DNA of 64,000 bases from Rhodoluna sp. (GTDB lineage Bacteria > Actinomycetota > Actinomycetes > Actinomycetales > Microbacteriaceae): NCBI GenBank assembly GCA_044338605.1, contig JBIIXB010000001.1, positions 50,205 to 114,204 of the forward strand, written 5' to 3'. The translations under genes were made by a program, and so were the position numbers. Below the pieces are notes generated by a model. That model ran no database searches and had not been told where the DNA came from. It was given only the letters and a program-made list of their open reading frames with translations. Numbering within the stretch: position 1 is the stretch's first letter; the number at the start of each line of letters is the position of its first letter. Shown here in pieces: positions 10,574-19,520 of the stretch.

Positions 10574-11385
10574 CCAGACCAAGCCTCTCAATCTCGAACC
10601 TAGCCTGGACAAAGCAAGAGGACGAGGAGGTCGTGTCAATTCTGGAAGACTTTGGTGTTCAACACATCGACCTCGTGATGGGCCGCTACTTCAACAAGCC
10701 TCTGGAGACGAGTTTGGATGACTGGCTTGGAGTCAAAAAGTTTTGGAATTCGAAAGGTATTCAAATTGTTGGGATGCAGTCTCTGCTCTTTGGGGTTCCC
10801 CCAGTCAGCCTCTTTGGAACGGGAGAAGACAGAAAATTACTCACTCGGGCGCTAGAGGAAGTTTTTCTTAGAGCAGAGGCTATCGGTGTAAAAAGACTTG
10901 TTCTCGGGTCACCGGTTCATAGATCACGCATCTCACTAGACGATTCAGAACTTGGTGTAGCTGAGGATTTTTTCAAACAATTGGGGACTATCGCCGAGAG
11001 GCACAATGTTTTGCTTCTGCTGGAACCAAACTCCGTGCGCTTTAATTGCAATTTCCTTAATAGCGCAAAAGAAGCTGCTAATTTTGTTTCCAGGATCTCC
11101 TCAAAGGGTCTTGGTGTTAATTTGGACTTGGGAGCAGAATTGGATGCTAACAGTGATCTCAAATTCTCCCCGGAAGAACGGGCGACTTTTGGCCATTTGC
11201 ACCTAAGTGAGCGAGATTTGAGTCCATTATCTGGTAACTCACTCTTCCTTAATCTTGTCTCAGATTCAGATCTAATAAATCAATTTGAGTTTCTGACTAT
11301 CGAGCAACTGGGTAGTACCGAATCTTCTAATCTCTTGAGCGTCTCTAGCTCCCTAGCATATGCGCGTGGTGTTTTAGGTATATGA
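10570..11385 (+). CDS. Sugar-phosphate isomerase/epimerase (AP-endonuclease-2 TIM barrel)
   Basis: SISNLAW, MQSLLFG, VLGSP, LEPN, HLHLSE. Confidence 0.8.
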   Translation: MTRPSLSISNLAWTKQEDEEVVSILEDFGVQHIDLVMGRYFNKPLETSLDDWLGVKKFWNSKGIQIVGMQSLLFGVPPVSLFGTGEDRKLLTRALEEVFLRAEAIGVKRLVLGSPVHRSRISLDDSELGVAEDFFKQLGTIAERHNVLLLLEPNSVRFNCNFLNSAKEAANFVSRISSKGLGVNLDLGAELDANSDLKFSPEERATFGHLHLSERDLSPLSGNSLFLNLVSDSDLINQFEFLTIEQLGSTESSNLLSVSSSLAYARGVLGI

Positions 11386-12101
11386 GTGAATCAGAATATT
11401 CAATAGTTATCCCTTGCCATAATGAGCAAGACACAATTAGAAATACAGTTACTAAGTTGCTTGAAGCAGTCTCTTCAATACCAAACATCAATTTTGTTCT
11501 GGTTGATAACTTAAGTTCTGATGCAACCTGGGAACGGCTTCAGTCACTGGAGCTCGAGTTCAATAATGTCTCCATCCATAAATCAGAGCCCCGAGCGGGC
11601 TTCGGTGTCGCGATTAGGTCTGGTGTGGCTTCTTCAACTGGCACTCACATAGTTTTTGTCATGGCAGACGGAAGTGAGCACCCTGATGATGTCGCGAAGT
11701 TCATAGTGGCATCAAAGAGAAACCCAGATGCTTGTGTTTTTGGAAACAGGTTCGCATCGCCTGGCCTAATCTCCGGGTATCCGCCTTTTAAGAGATTTTT
11801 GAATCGACTAGTCAATGCGGGATTGGGATTAGTTTTTAGAACCGACAGCCCAGACCTCACTAATGGTTTCAAGCTTTATCCCAGAGACGTTATTGCGAGG
11901 ATAGATCCTAAATCGGATGATTTCAGCATCACGTTGGAACTCTCACTTGGAGCTATTTGCGAAGGGATTAGGGTCATCACCATACCCACACTCTGGCGAG
12001 GAAGAGAAGCAGGAAAATCGTCTTTTAGTTTAATTGCTATGGCCTTGCCCTACCTTTCTGTTATCGCAAAAAATCTAGGGAATCGTTCTCGTTCGCGATA
12101 A
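11382..12101 (+). CDS. DPM1-like glycosyltransferase family 2
   Basis: SIVIPCHNE, VDNLSSD, MADGS, DLTNGFKLY, REAGKS. Confidence 0.9.
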   Translation: MSESEYSIVIPCHNEQDTIRNTVTKLLEAVSSIPNINFVLVDNLSSDATWERLQSLELEFNNVSIHKSEPRAGFGVAIRSGVASSTGTHIVFVMADGSEHPDDVAKFIVASKRNPDACVFGNRFASPGLISGYPPFKRFLNRLVNAGLGLVFRTDSPDLTNGFKLYPRDVIARIDPKSDDFSITLELSLGAICEGIRVITIPTLWRGREAGKSSFSLIAMALPYLSVIAKNLGNRSRSR

Positions 12102-12131
12102 ATCCAATTTCGTCAAATACGGAGATAATCA

Positions 12132-12209
12132 AGCTGCCTGGCTGTGGTCAGCCCAGACAGGCAAAGATAAGAATTAACTTCAACAGAGCTCAATAGGTGT
12201 ATCGTCAGA
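12132..12209 (+). repeat. 78-bp direct repeat, copy 2 (orphan 3' end of the small membrane gene plus promoter)
   Basis: Encodes AAWLWSAQTGKDKN* versus AAWLWSVQTGKDKN* in copy 1. Confidence 0.95.
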
Positions 12210-12230
12210 GCTGTGGGAAGGAGAAAGCAA

Positions 12231-12287
12231 ATGAATCTAGATGGATGCAACTGCGGCGATGGCTGCCAGTGCAAGAAAAACGACTAA
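12231..12287 (+). CDS. Putative 18-aa Cys-rich peptide MNLDGCNCGDGCQCKKND (metallothionein-like motif)
   Basis: AAGGAG RBS upstream, CxCxxxCxC motif, fills the gap before sbtB; absent from ORF track. Confidence 0.6.
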   Translation: MNLDGCNCGDGCQCKKND

Positions 12288-12294
12288 CTAAGTA

Positions 12295-12594
12295 CTAGTA
12301 GCGCTCCTGGCGCAACACTTCTACATCCGCTACCCACACGCTGACTGCGTAGTTTGGGAAGTAGTCGGATTGTAATCTTTCAATGATTTTTTCTAGTGTG
12401 ACCTGATCGGTCACAACCTCTATGCGAATGTTCCCACCCTCTAGATCACCATTTCTTTGGTTTCTTGGTCCTGTGCCATGGGCGTCGGTCACTGTGTAAC
12501 CCTTAGCCCCAAGAGCCATGAGATCCTTGATCAACCTCGACTCAAGCGCTCCCTCGCAAACAACCGTTAGCAACTTTCTCTTGGAAAACATCAA
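12295..12594 (-). CDS. sbtB: PII-like regulator SbtB
   Basis: KLLTVVCE, GAKGYT..AHGTG, NIRIEVV, VEVLR; overlaps sbtA stop. Confidence 0.85.
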   Translation of the reverse strand: MMFSKRKLLTVVCEGALESRLIKDLMALGAKGYTVTDAHGTGPRNQRNGDLEGGNIRIEVVTDQVTLEKIIERLQSDYFPNYAVSVWVADVEVLRQERY

Positions 12595-13562
12595 ATACCT
12601 AAACCTTCCATAAATTGACCAATTGCAAACATGATTGGAATTCCAAAAATCAAATTGAACGGGAATGTAATTGCCAGTGATGCGGTCAGGTAAATACCAG
12701 GACTAGCCTCTGGCAAAGCAAGCCTCACGGCAGCTGGAGCTGCAATATACGAAGCTGAGGCTGCAAGAACTCCCAAGATCACACTTCCACCAAGACTCAA
12801 CCCGGTTAGTTCACCAACCAGAACTCCCAGAGAGCCAGAAAGAATCGGGAACCCGATGCTGAAGAGAACTAGTCCTAAACCTGCCTTTTTGACATCAGGA
12901 AGTCTTCGTCCCGCGACTATACCCATCTCGAGTAAGAACAAAGCAAGAACGCCGGTGAACAGGCCACCGAAGAGTGGCTCGATTCTTTCATACCCACTGG
13001 CACCGGTTGCATAACCTAAAACCAATCCACCCGCTAGTAAAACAATTGATTTAGAGGTAACTATTTCTCTAAGAGACTCGCCCCAGTTCAAACCTCTGTT
13101 TAGACCTTTGGATGCCAAAAGTAAACCAACAACTATTCCTGGGACCTCAAGGATTGCGAGCAGCGTTGTTACGTAGCCTTCGTAAGAAATGTTCTGTGAT
13201 TCGACAAAAATTAGAGCCGCTGAAAAGGTAACCAACGATGTGGATCCATAGTGCGCGGCAAGAGCACCCTTATTGATGGTGTCTAGCTTGGTAAGTGTTC
13301 CTAAAACAATAAATGCAAGAAGTGGAATTACTATACCCAGAGCTAACGTTCCCAGGATTGGCAACCAAACCTCAGCCAGGTTTGCCTCAGATAAGGCAAC
13401 ACCACCTTTGATACCGATGCCTAGTAATAGGTATATAGATAGCCCTTGATAGACCGCTTCCGGAAGTCGAAGATCAGATTTAATTGCTACTGCCAGAAGC
13501 CCTAGAACGAAAGCCAAAACGGGCGCAGAAGTTGCGTTAGTTAGAGCTGCTTCTAGAAACAT
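12591..13562 (-). CDS. sbtA: Sodium-dependent bicarbonate transporter family permease
   Basis: KSDLRLP, IGIKGG, AHYGSTSLVTF, FLLEMG, ASASYIAAPAA, TFPFN. Confidence 0.9.
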   Translation of the reverse strand: MFLEAALTNATSAPVLAFVLGLLAVAIKSDLRLPEAVYQGLSIYLLLGIGIKGGVALSEANLAEVWLPILGTLALGIVIPLLAFIVLGTLTKLDTINKGALAAHYGSTSLVTFSAALIFVESQNISYEGYVTTLLAILEVPGIVVGLLLASKGLNRGLNWGESLREIVTSKSIVLLAGGLVLGYATGASGYERIEPLFGGLFTGVLALFLLEMGIVAGRRLPDVKKAGLGLVLFSIGFPILSGSLGVLVGELTGLSLGGSVILGVLAASASYIAAPAAVRLALPEASPGIYLTASLAITFPFNLIFGIPIMFAIGQFMEGLGI

Positions 13563-13662
13563 AGTTTTTTACCCTCAACAACCCAGTATTGCTATTTGAA
13601 TTAGTTTACTTAGCGGCCCTGCGAACCAGACCCCCATTGGTGGCTTTGCAACAAATAGGAAA

Positions 13663-14856
13663 CTATTTGTCCTGCTTTTGCGCAATAAGTTGCTTGTATG
13701 TCTCAATCATTTTGTTAGTAAGAGCGCCCTGCAGTAACCAGGTTGGGTCCTCCAATAGCTCCCTCTTGTTGCTTCCCTCGGAGACATCTTCAGCGGCCTT
13801 TTTGATTGTCTTTGACAAGCTCTTGATGGTTCCCGACTTATCAAGCCAGTAAGTCTTCTTTGGAAGCTCTCCTGCAATCTTTGAGTCACACAGCAAAACG
13901 GGCGTTCCAACAGCTAATGATTCGTAAACGGTCAAACCTTGGGTTTCAAAACCAATACTGGTTTGCATAACGACATCAGCGTTGGCAAAGATTTGTAACA
14001 GTTCGTTGTGTGGGACGCGTCCTCTAAATGTGACCCTCTTAGAAATAAGCCTTGCCCGAACTAAGTTCTTAGCTACTTTTTCCAGTGGACCAAAACCATA
14101 AATGGTTAGGTGGGCCTTGACCTTGGATCTAGCAAAAGCTTCGATGGTTTGGATAAGTCTTTTTTCAGGCTGCATCCTTGCAGCCCATACGAAGCTAATG
14201 GGTTTGTTTGGAACAGAGGCTGTTCTTTTGATTTGTTGTATCTCATCGTCATCAACACCTGTGAAGCTAGCCTCAACGTTGGTTGTAACTCCTTTTGCTT
14301 CGAGCAGCGCCGCGTAGTGCTTCGAAGGAGCCATAACTAGATCTGCCTGAGGCAGGATAAAGCTCACGTAGTCAAAGGCGTTAATAACCCTTGGCCGCTT
14401 GTTGATTTTGAGAAAATGACCGTATTGCCAAGTGAAGAACTTCAAAAACATGATCTTCATGGGTTTTCCAATGAGCTTGTTGGCCATCACATCAAGGTTG
14501 GTGTGTTCGGTATGGACAAGAGGCAGATTGAATCTTTTGGCTAAGGCAGCTCCTAGGCTGGCTGCTGCGAAGTCGCCCTGAACGTGGACGATGTCAAAAC
14601 TTCGTTCTTTGTAAACCTCTTCGCAGAATCTAGCTGCTTTTCTAAGTGACCAGACGATGGCGTACTCTCTGCCAAGAGGCGAGTAGTTAGAAGGAAGAAC
14701 TTTTATGTTTTCGTCTACACGGGCTTTTTTTGACTTGGGAGCAAAAATGGTTACCTGAACGCCAGAGCGGTTTAGGTATTTGGCCTGCAGCATCACTGAG
14801 GTTTGGACCCCGCCTAGAGAGTGTGGATGCTGATCCATGAACAATGCGACGTGCAA
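13663..14856 (-). CDS. Glycosyltransferase family 4 (glycolipid synthase-like)
   Basis: GGVQTSV, HTEHT, RMQPEKR, FETQGLTVYES. Confidence 0.85.
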   Translation of the reverse strand: MHVALFMDQHPHSLGGVQTSVMLQAKYLNRSGVQVTIFAPKSKKARVDENIKVLPSNYSPLGREYAIVWSLRKAARFCEEVYKERSFDIVHVQGDFAAASLGAALAKRFNLPLVHTEHTNLDVMANKLIGKPMKIMFLKFFTWQYGHFLKINKRPRVINAFDYVSFILPQADLVMAPSKHYAALLEAKGVTTNVEASFTGVDDDEIQQIKRTASVPNKPISFVWAARMQPEKRLIQTIEAFARSKVKAHLTIYGFGPLEKVAKNLVRARLISKRVTFRGRVPHNELLQIFANADVVMQTSIGFETQGLTVYESLAVGTPVLLCDSKIAGELPKKTYWLDKSGTIKSLSKTIKKAAEDVSEGSNKRELLEDPTWLLQGALTNKMIETYKQLIAQKQDK

Positions 14857-14923
14857 GAGGACCTTTTCTAGTGAGCTTTATTGGGCTAGATAAATCTACC
14901 CGCTTCGGACGTAGAATTTAGAC

Positions 14924-15406
14924 ATGAGCATTCAAGAAACCGAACTCACCATGCTAGATGGCACTGTCGCTAGCTTTTCCCAATTCGCCGGAAAGGTAGT
15001 TCTGGTTGTCAACGTGGCTTCCAGGTGTGGCCTGGCTCCACAATACGAGGCTCTGGAAGCGCTTCAGAAAAAATATGGCAGCCGAGGCTTCACGGTTCTT
15101 GGCATGCCTTCCAATCAGTTTTTGCAGGAACTAAAGAAGTCAGAAGACATAGCAGAGTACTGCTCAACTACTTGGGGTGTGAGCTTTCCAATGACCGAGA
15201 AGGTAAAGGTCAACGGAAAAGGCAGGCACCCGCTATACAAAGAGCTGGTCAAGACCGAAGACCAGTCGGGTAAGGCGGGACCGGTTGCCTGGAACTTTGA
15301 AAAGTTTCTAATTCTTCCAAACGGCCACGTTCATCGCTTTAGACCAACAGTTAAACCAGATGCTCCTGACATCATTTCGCTGATCGAAGCCAACTTACCT
15401 AACTAA
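14924..15406 (+). CDS. Glutathione peroxidase
   Basis: VNVASRCGLAPQY, PSNQF, WNFEKFL. Confidence 0.95.
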   Translation: MSIQETELTMLDGTVASFSQFAGKVVLVVNVASRCGLAPQYEALEALQKKYGSRGFTVLGMPSNQFLQELKKSEDIAEYCSTTWGVSFPMTEKVKVNGKGRHPLYKELVKTEDQSGKAGPVAWNFEKFLILPNGHVHRFRPTVKPDAPDIISLIEANLPN

Positions 15407-15421
15407 TTTACTTAGGCAAAA

Positions 15422-16207
15422 ATGAACGCAACTTCTAAAGTAACTGTTGAAAAAAAAGGTCATGTCCTTTTAATTGGTCTAAATCGCCCTGAAAAACTAA
15501 ACGCCGCGGACATGGAAATGCTCCAAGAGCTTGCTCTGGCCTACGGCAAATTAGATTCTGATCCAGAACTTCGAGTTGGACTTGTTTTTGCTCACGGTGA
15601 TCACTTCACTGCCGGGCTGGATCTTGCAGATGTTGCACCAAGGCTAAGCGCAGATGGTTTGGCCATGGTTCCTGAAGGCGGACTAGATCCTTGGGGAATT
15701 CAATCCAAACCGGTATCAAAACCTGTAGTTATTGCGATTCAAGGAACTTGCTTCACACTCGGTGTTGAACTTGCATTGAACAGCGAAGTTGTAATTGCTG
15801 CTGAGAACGCAAAGTTTGCCCAACTAGAAGTCTCACGTGGGCTTTTGCCATTTGGCGGGGCCACCAAGAGAATGCCAAGATCAGCTGGCTGGTCGAATGC
15901 GATGAGATTCCTACTGACAGGAGATTCATTTGATGCAGCAACTGCGCTTCGTCTTGGAATTGTGAATGAAGTTGTTCCGGTTGGAACCGAAAAAGATCGT
16001 GCATTCGAGATCGCAGAAAAGATTGCTGCCCAAGCGCCGCTTGCGGTGCAGGCAACTTTGGCTTCCGCTAGGGCTGCTCTGTTAGATGAAAGCGCTGAAG
16101 ATGCCTTTATTGGTAAACGCCTTGCCAGGTTGGCCGCATCTAAGGACGCCAGGCGGGCGATGGAGGCCTATCTTTCTAAGTCACCAGTCACTTTCGAAGG
16201 AAATTGA
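15422..16207 (+). CDS. Crotonase/enoyl-CoA hydratase family protein
   Basis: LNRPEKLNA, FTAGLDL, EVSRGLLPFGG. Confidence 0.9.
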   Translation: MNATSKVTVEKKGHVLLIGLNRPEKLNAADMEMLQELALAYGKLDSDPELRVGLVFAHGDHFTAGLDLADVAPRLSADGLAMVPEGGLDPWGIQSKPVSKPVVIAIQGTCFTLGVELALNSEVVIAAENAKFAQLEVSRGLLPFGGATKRMPRSAGWSNAMRFLLTGDSFDAATALRLGIVNEVVPVGTEKDRAFEIAEKIAAQAPLAVQATLASARAALLDESAEDAFIGKRLARLAASKDARRAMEAYLSKSPVTFEGN

Positions 16208-16359
16208 CCTTCCAAAAAAACACCTAGTTTTTTGTATGCTTCACACAAAGAAGCAATCCTTGGATTTACTTAGGTTGTAGCTAGTTACAGACTTATCTGA
16301 CCCGCAGATTCAATGATTTCCTCGGTGCTTACAATCAAAGCAACACGAAGGAGTGTGCA

Positions 16360-18330
16360 ATGCAAAGCGAGATATTGCCAAAGGTAGACACCGCCCTTGT
16401 TGGCGACATGCTGCTGGGGAAGTGGAAAGACATTCGTCTCCACACCCGCCGAATTTGCGAGCAGCCCGAAATGTGGCAAATCCCAGGACTTACTCATCAC
16501 CAGCATCGTGAACGCGTCTTTGGTCAACTAAAGATCTTGGTGGAAAACGGTTCCACCAAATATGGCTTCCCTGCCATCGCAGGTGGAAGTGCTGATCCCG
16601 GTGGATCACTAACAGTTTTCGAAGAACTGATTCTTGCTGATCCTTCACTACAGATTAAATACGGAGTTCAGTGGGGACTATTTGGCGCAGCGATTCTATA
16701 TCTCGGCACAGATTCTCACCACGCAGAGCTACTTCCTTCTGTGGTCACTTTAGAAACCCCTGGTTCCTTTGCAATGACTGAAACCGGTCACGGTTCCGAT
16801 GTTGCAAACATCGGAACAACCGCTATCTATGACGAGGCAACACAAGAGTTTGTAATTCACACACCTTCTCGTCACGCTTGGAAGGATTACATCGGTAACG
16901 CTGCAATTCACGCTAAGGCAGCTGTAGTTTTTGCGCAGCTGATTTCCAAAGGCGAAAACCATGGCGTACACGCTTTCTATGTTCCTCTTCGAGACAACAG
17001 TGGAAACTTCTTGCCAGGTGTTGGTGGAGACGACGATGGAGTCAAGGGCGGTCTAAATGGTGTTGATAACGGAAGACTTCACTTCACCAATGTCCGTATC
17101 CCAAGAAGGTGGTTACTAAACCGCTACGGCAATGTTGCAGAGGATGGAACATACAGCTCTCCAATTGAATCCAAGGGAAGAAGATTCTTCACAATGCTTG
17201 GAACCCTGGTTCAGGGCAGAGTTTCAATCACTGGTGGTGTTACCAACGCTCAGAAGGTTGCGTTAACAATTGCTATTCGTTATGCCCACGAAAGAACTCA
17301 GTTCCCAACTCACGACGGAACAGAACACGTTCTAATGGACTACGGTCGCCACCAAAGAAGGCTGCTTCCAGCTCTTGCAAGAACCTACGCGCAAGCATTT
17401 GCGCATCTAGAACTTCTCGAACAGTTCGATGAGGTCTTCAGCGGTCGTAACGACACTGATTCAACTAGACAGGATCTAGAAACTGTTGCGGCAGCCTCTA
17501 AGGCTCTTTCAACTTGGAACGCACTGGACATCATCCAGGTCTGCCGTGAGGCAACCGGAGGTCAGGGTTTCATGGCCGAACATCGGATGGTCGGGTTGCG
17601 AGCAGACCTAGATGTCTATGCAACATTTGAAGGTGACAACAACGTGCTGCTGCAGCTTGTTGCCAAGAGGTTACTGAGTGACTACTCCAAAGCATTCGCG
17701 TCACCAGATTTTGGAACACTGGCTCAGTATGTTGTTGAGCAGGTGGGTGAGGTTGCAATCAACCGAGGAGGTCTTCGCGGAATTGCTCAGAAGTTCACCG
17801 ACTTTGGTTCGACCGCTAGATCAATCGGTTTTGTTCGCGAGGAAGAACACCAGCACCAGCTGCTAACTGATCGAGTCCACACCATGATCGCAAAGCTTGC
17901 CAATGAACTACGTCACTCTGGGAAAAGGGATCCTGTTGAATCAGAGCGGTTGTTTAACCGTCACCAAAATGATTTGATTATGGCCGCTAAGGCTCATGGT
18001 GAACTAATTCAGTGGGAAGCTTTCACTTCTGCTCTAAACAAGATTCAGGACCCTCAAACCAAGAAGGTTTTGACTTGGCTGAGAGACCTATTTGGCTTCA
18101 CCCTTCTGGAAGAGAACCTCTCTTGGTACATGATCAACGGAAGATTGAGCTCTCACCGCGCTGAGGCAATCACTGACTACATCGATGGCAGATTACTTGG
18201 AAGGCTAAAGCCTCACTCCCTAGACTTAGTTGACTGCTTTGGTTTGACTGAGGGTCTAATAAGAAGTGACTTGGCCTTTGGAGCAGAAACTAGAAGACGC
18301 GAATCACTAAAGAAAGAAGCGACCAAATAA
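16360..18330 (+). CDS. Acyl-CoA dehydrogenase/oxidase
   Basis: FAMTETGHGS, WKDYIGNAA, GLNGVDNG, TFEGDN. Confidence 0.9.
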   Translation: MQSEILPKVDTALVGDMLLGKWKDIRLHTRRICEQPEMWQIPGLTHHQHRERVFGQLKILVENGSTKYGFPAIAGGSADPGGSLTVFEELILADPSLQIKYGVQWGLFGAAILYLGTDSHHAELLPSVVTLETPGSFAMTETGHGSDVANIGTTAIYDEATQEFVIHTPSRHAWKDYIGNAAIHAKAAVVFAQLISKGENHGVHAFYVPLRDNSGNFLPGVGGDDDGVKGGLNGVDNGRLHFTNVRIPRRWLLNRYGNVAEDGTYSSPIESKGRRFFTMLGTLVQGRVSITGGVTNAQKVALTIAIRYAHERTQFPTHDGTEHVLMDYGRHQRRLLPALARTYAQAFAHLELLEQFDEVFSGRNDTDSTRQDLETVAAASKALSTWNALDIIQVCREATGGQGFMAEHRMVGLRADLDVYATFEGDNNVLLQLVAKRLLSDYSKAFASPDFGTLAQYVVEQVGEVAINRGGLRGIAQKFTDFGSTARSIGFVREEEHQHQLLTDRVHTMIAKLANELRHSGKRDPVESERLFNRHQNDLIMAAKAHGELIQWEAFTSALNKIQDPQTKKVLTWLRDLFGFTLLEENLSWYMINGRLSSHRAEAITDYIDGRLLGRLKPHSLDLVDCFGLTEGLIRSDLAFGAETRRRESLKKEATK

Positions 18331-19520
18331 TGCAGAACACCTACTTTGTTGATGGAGTCCGAACACCATTCGGTAGAGCAGGAGAAAAAGGTGTTTATTG
18401 GAACACTCGTGCAGATGACTTAGTAGTAAAAGCCATGATTGGTTTGCTAGATAGAAACCCGTCTGTTCCTAAAGAGGCAATCGACGATGTTGCCATTGCA
18501 GCCACCACACAGGTCGGCGACCAGGGACTTAACATTGGACGCACCGCCGCAATCTTGGCAGGATTACCAAACACAGTTCCTGGCTTTGCAGTTGACCGGA
18601 TGTGTGCCGGGGCAATGACTGCTGTCACAATGACAGGTTCCGCTATTGGCATTGGCGCCTACGACCTAGTTCTTGCTGGAGGCGTTGAGCACATGGGTAG
18701 ACACCCCATGGGCTTTGATGCCGACCCGAACCCAAGGTTCATTGCCGAAAAACTTGTAAATCCGGATGCCTTAAACATGGGTAACACTGCAGAGAAGATC
18801 CACGACCGTTTTCCAGTTCTAACCAAGGAGCGCGCGGATGCCTTTGCGGTTCAGAGCCAAAAGCGCGCTGCTGCAGCCTACGAAAAGAATTACATCCAGC
18901 AAGACCTTGTTTCCGTATCTGCAACAACTCCAGAAGGTCTGCGGGTTGTAGACAGGGACGAACTTCTTCGCCCAGACTCAACAGTTGAGGGCATGAAGGA
19001 TCTAAAGACACCTTTCCGAGCTAGCGGAAATGTAACGGCTGGCAACGCCTCTCCTTTGACTGACGGCGCCACCATTTCGCTTTTGGCTGGAGACCAAGCA
19101 GTCAAGCAGTATGGACTGAAACCACGTATGAAGATGGTGACATTTGCTTTTGCAGGTGTTGAGCCAGAGATCATGGGTATTGGACCAATCCCTGCAACCG
19201 AGAAGGCTTTGAAAAAAGCTGGACTGTCTATCTCCGACATCGGATTATTTGAAATCAACGAAGCATTCGCTGTTCAGGTCCTTTCCTTTTTGGAGCACTT
19301 TAAGATTGCAGATGACGACGCAAGAGTAAACGCCTGGGGTGGTGCAATTGCTTTTGGTCACCCATTGGCATCAAGCGGAGTTCGATTAATGAACCAACTT
19401 TCTCGCCAGTTTGAGATGCGACCAGATGTTCGTTACGGAATCACAACAATGTGCATTGGTCTAGGCATGGGTGGAACCGTTATCTGGGAAAACGAGAATT
19501 ACGACGGAAAGAAAAACTAA
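18330..19520 (+). CDS. fadA: Acetyl-CoA C-acyltransferase (thiolase)
   Basis: RTPFG, DRMCAG, EINEAFA, GHPLASSG, MCIGLGMG. Confidence 0.9.
   Translation: MQNTYFVDGVRTPFGRAGEKGVYWNTRADDLVVKAMIGLLDRNPSVPKEAIDDVAIAATTQVGDQGLNIGRTAAILAGLPNTVPGFAVDRMCAGAMTAVTMTGSAIGIGAYDLVLAGGVEHMGRHPMGFDADPNPRFIAEKLVNPDALNMGNTAEKIHDRFPVLTKERADAFAVQSQKRAAAAYEKNYIQQDLVSVSATTPEGLRVVDRDELLRPDSTVEGMKDLKTPFRASGNVTAGNASPLTDGATISLLAGDQAVKQYGLKPRMKMVTFAFAGVEPEIMGIGPIPATEKALKKAGLSISDIGLFEINEAFAVQVLSFLEHFKIADDDARVNAWGGAIAFGHPLASSGVRLMNQLSRQFEMRPDVRYGITTMCIGLGMGGTVIWENENYDGKKN

Noticed and set aside
16208-16359. A/T-arm hairpin and near-palindrome TGTAGCTAGTTACA upstream of the acyl-CoA dehydrogenase
   Set aside because: Single weak instances with no cognate regulator; insufficient support
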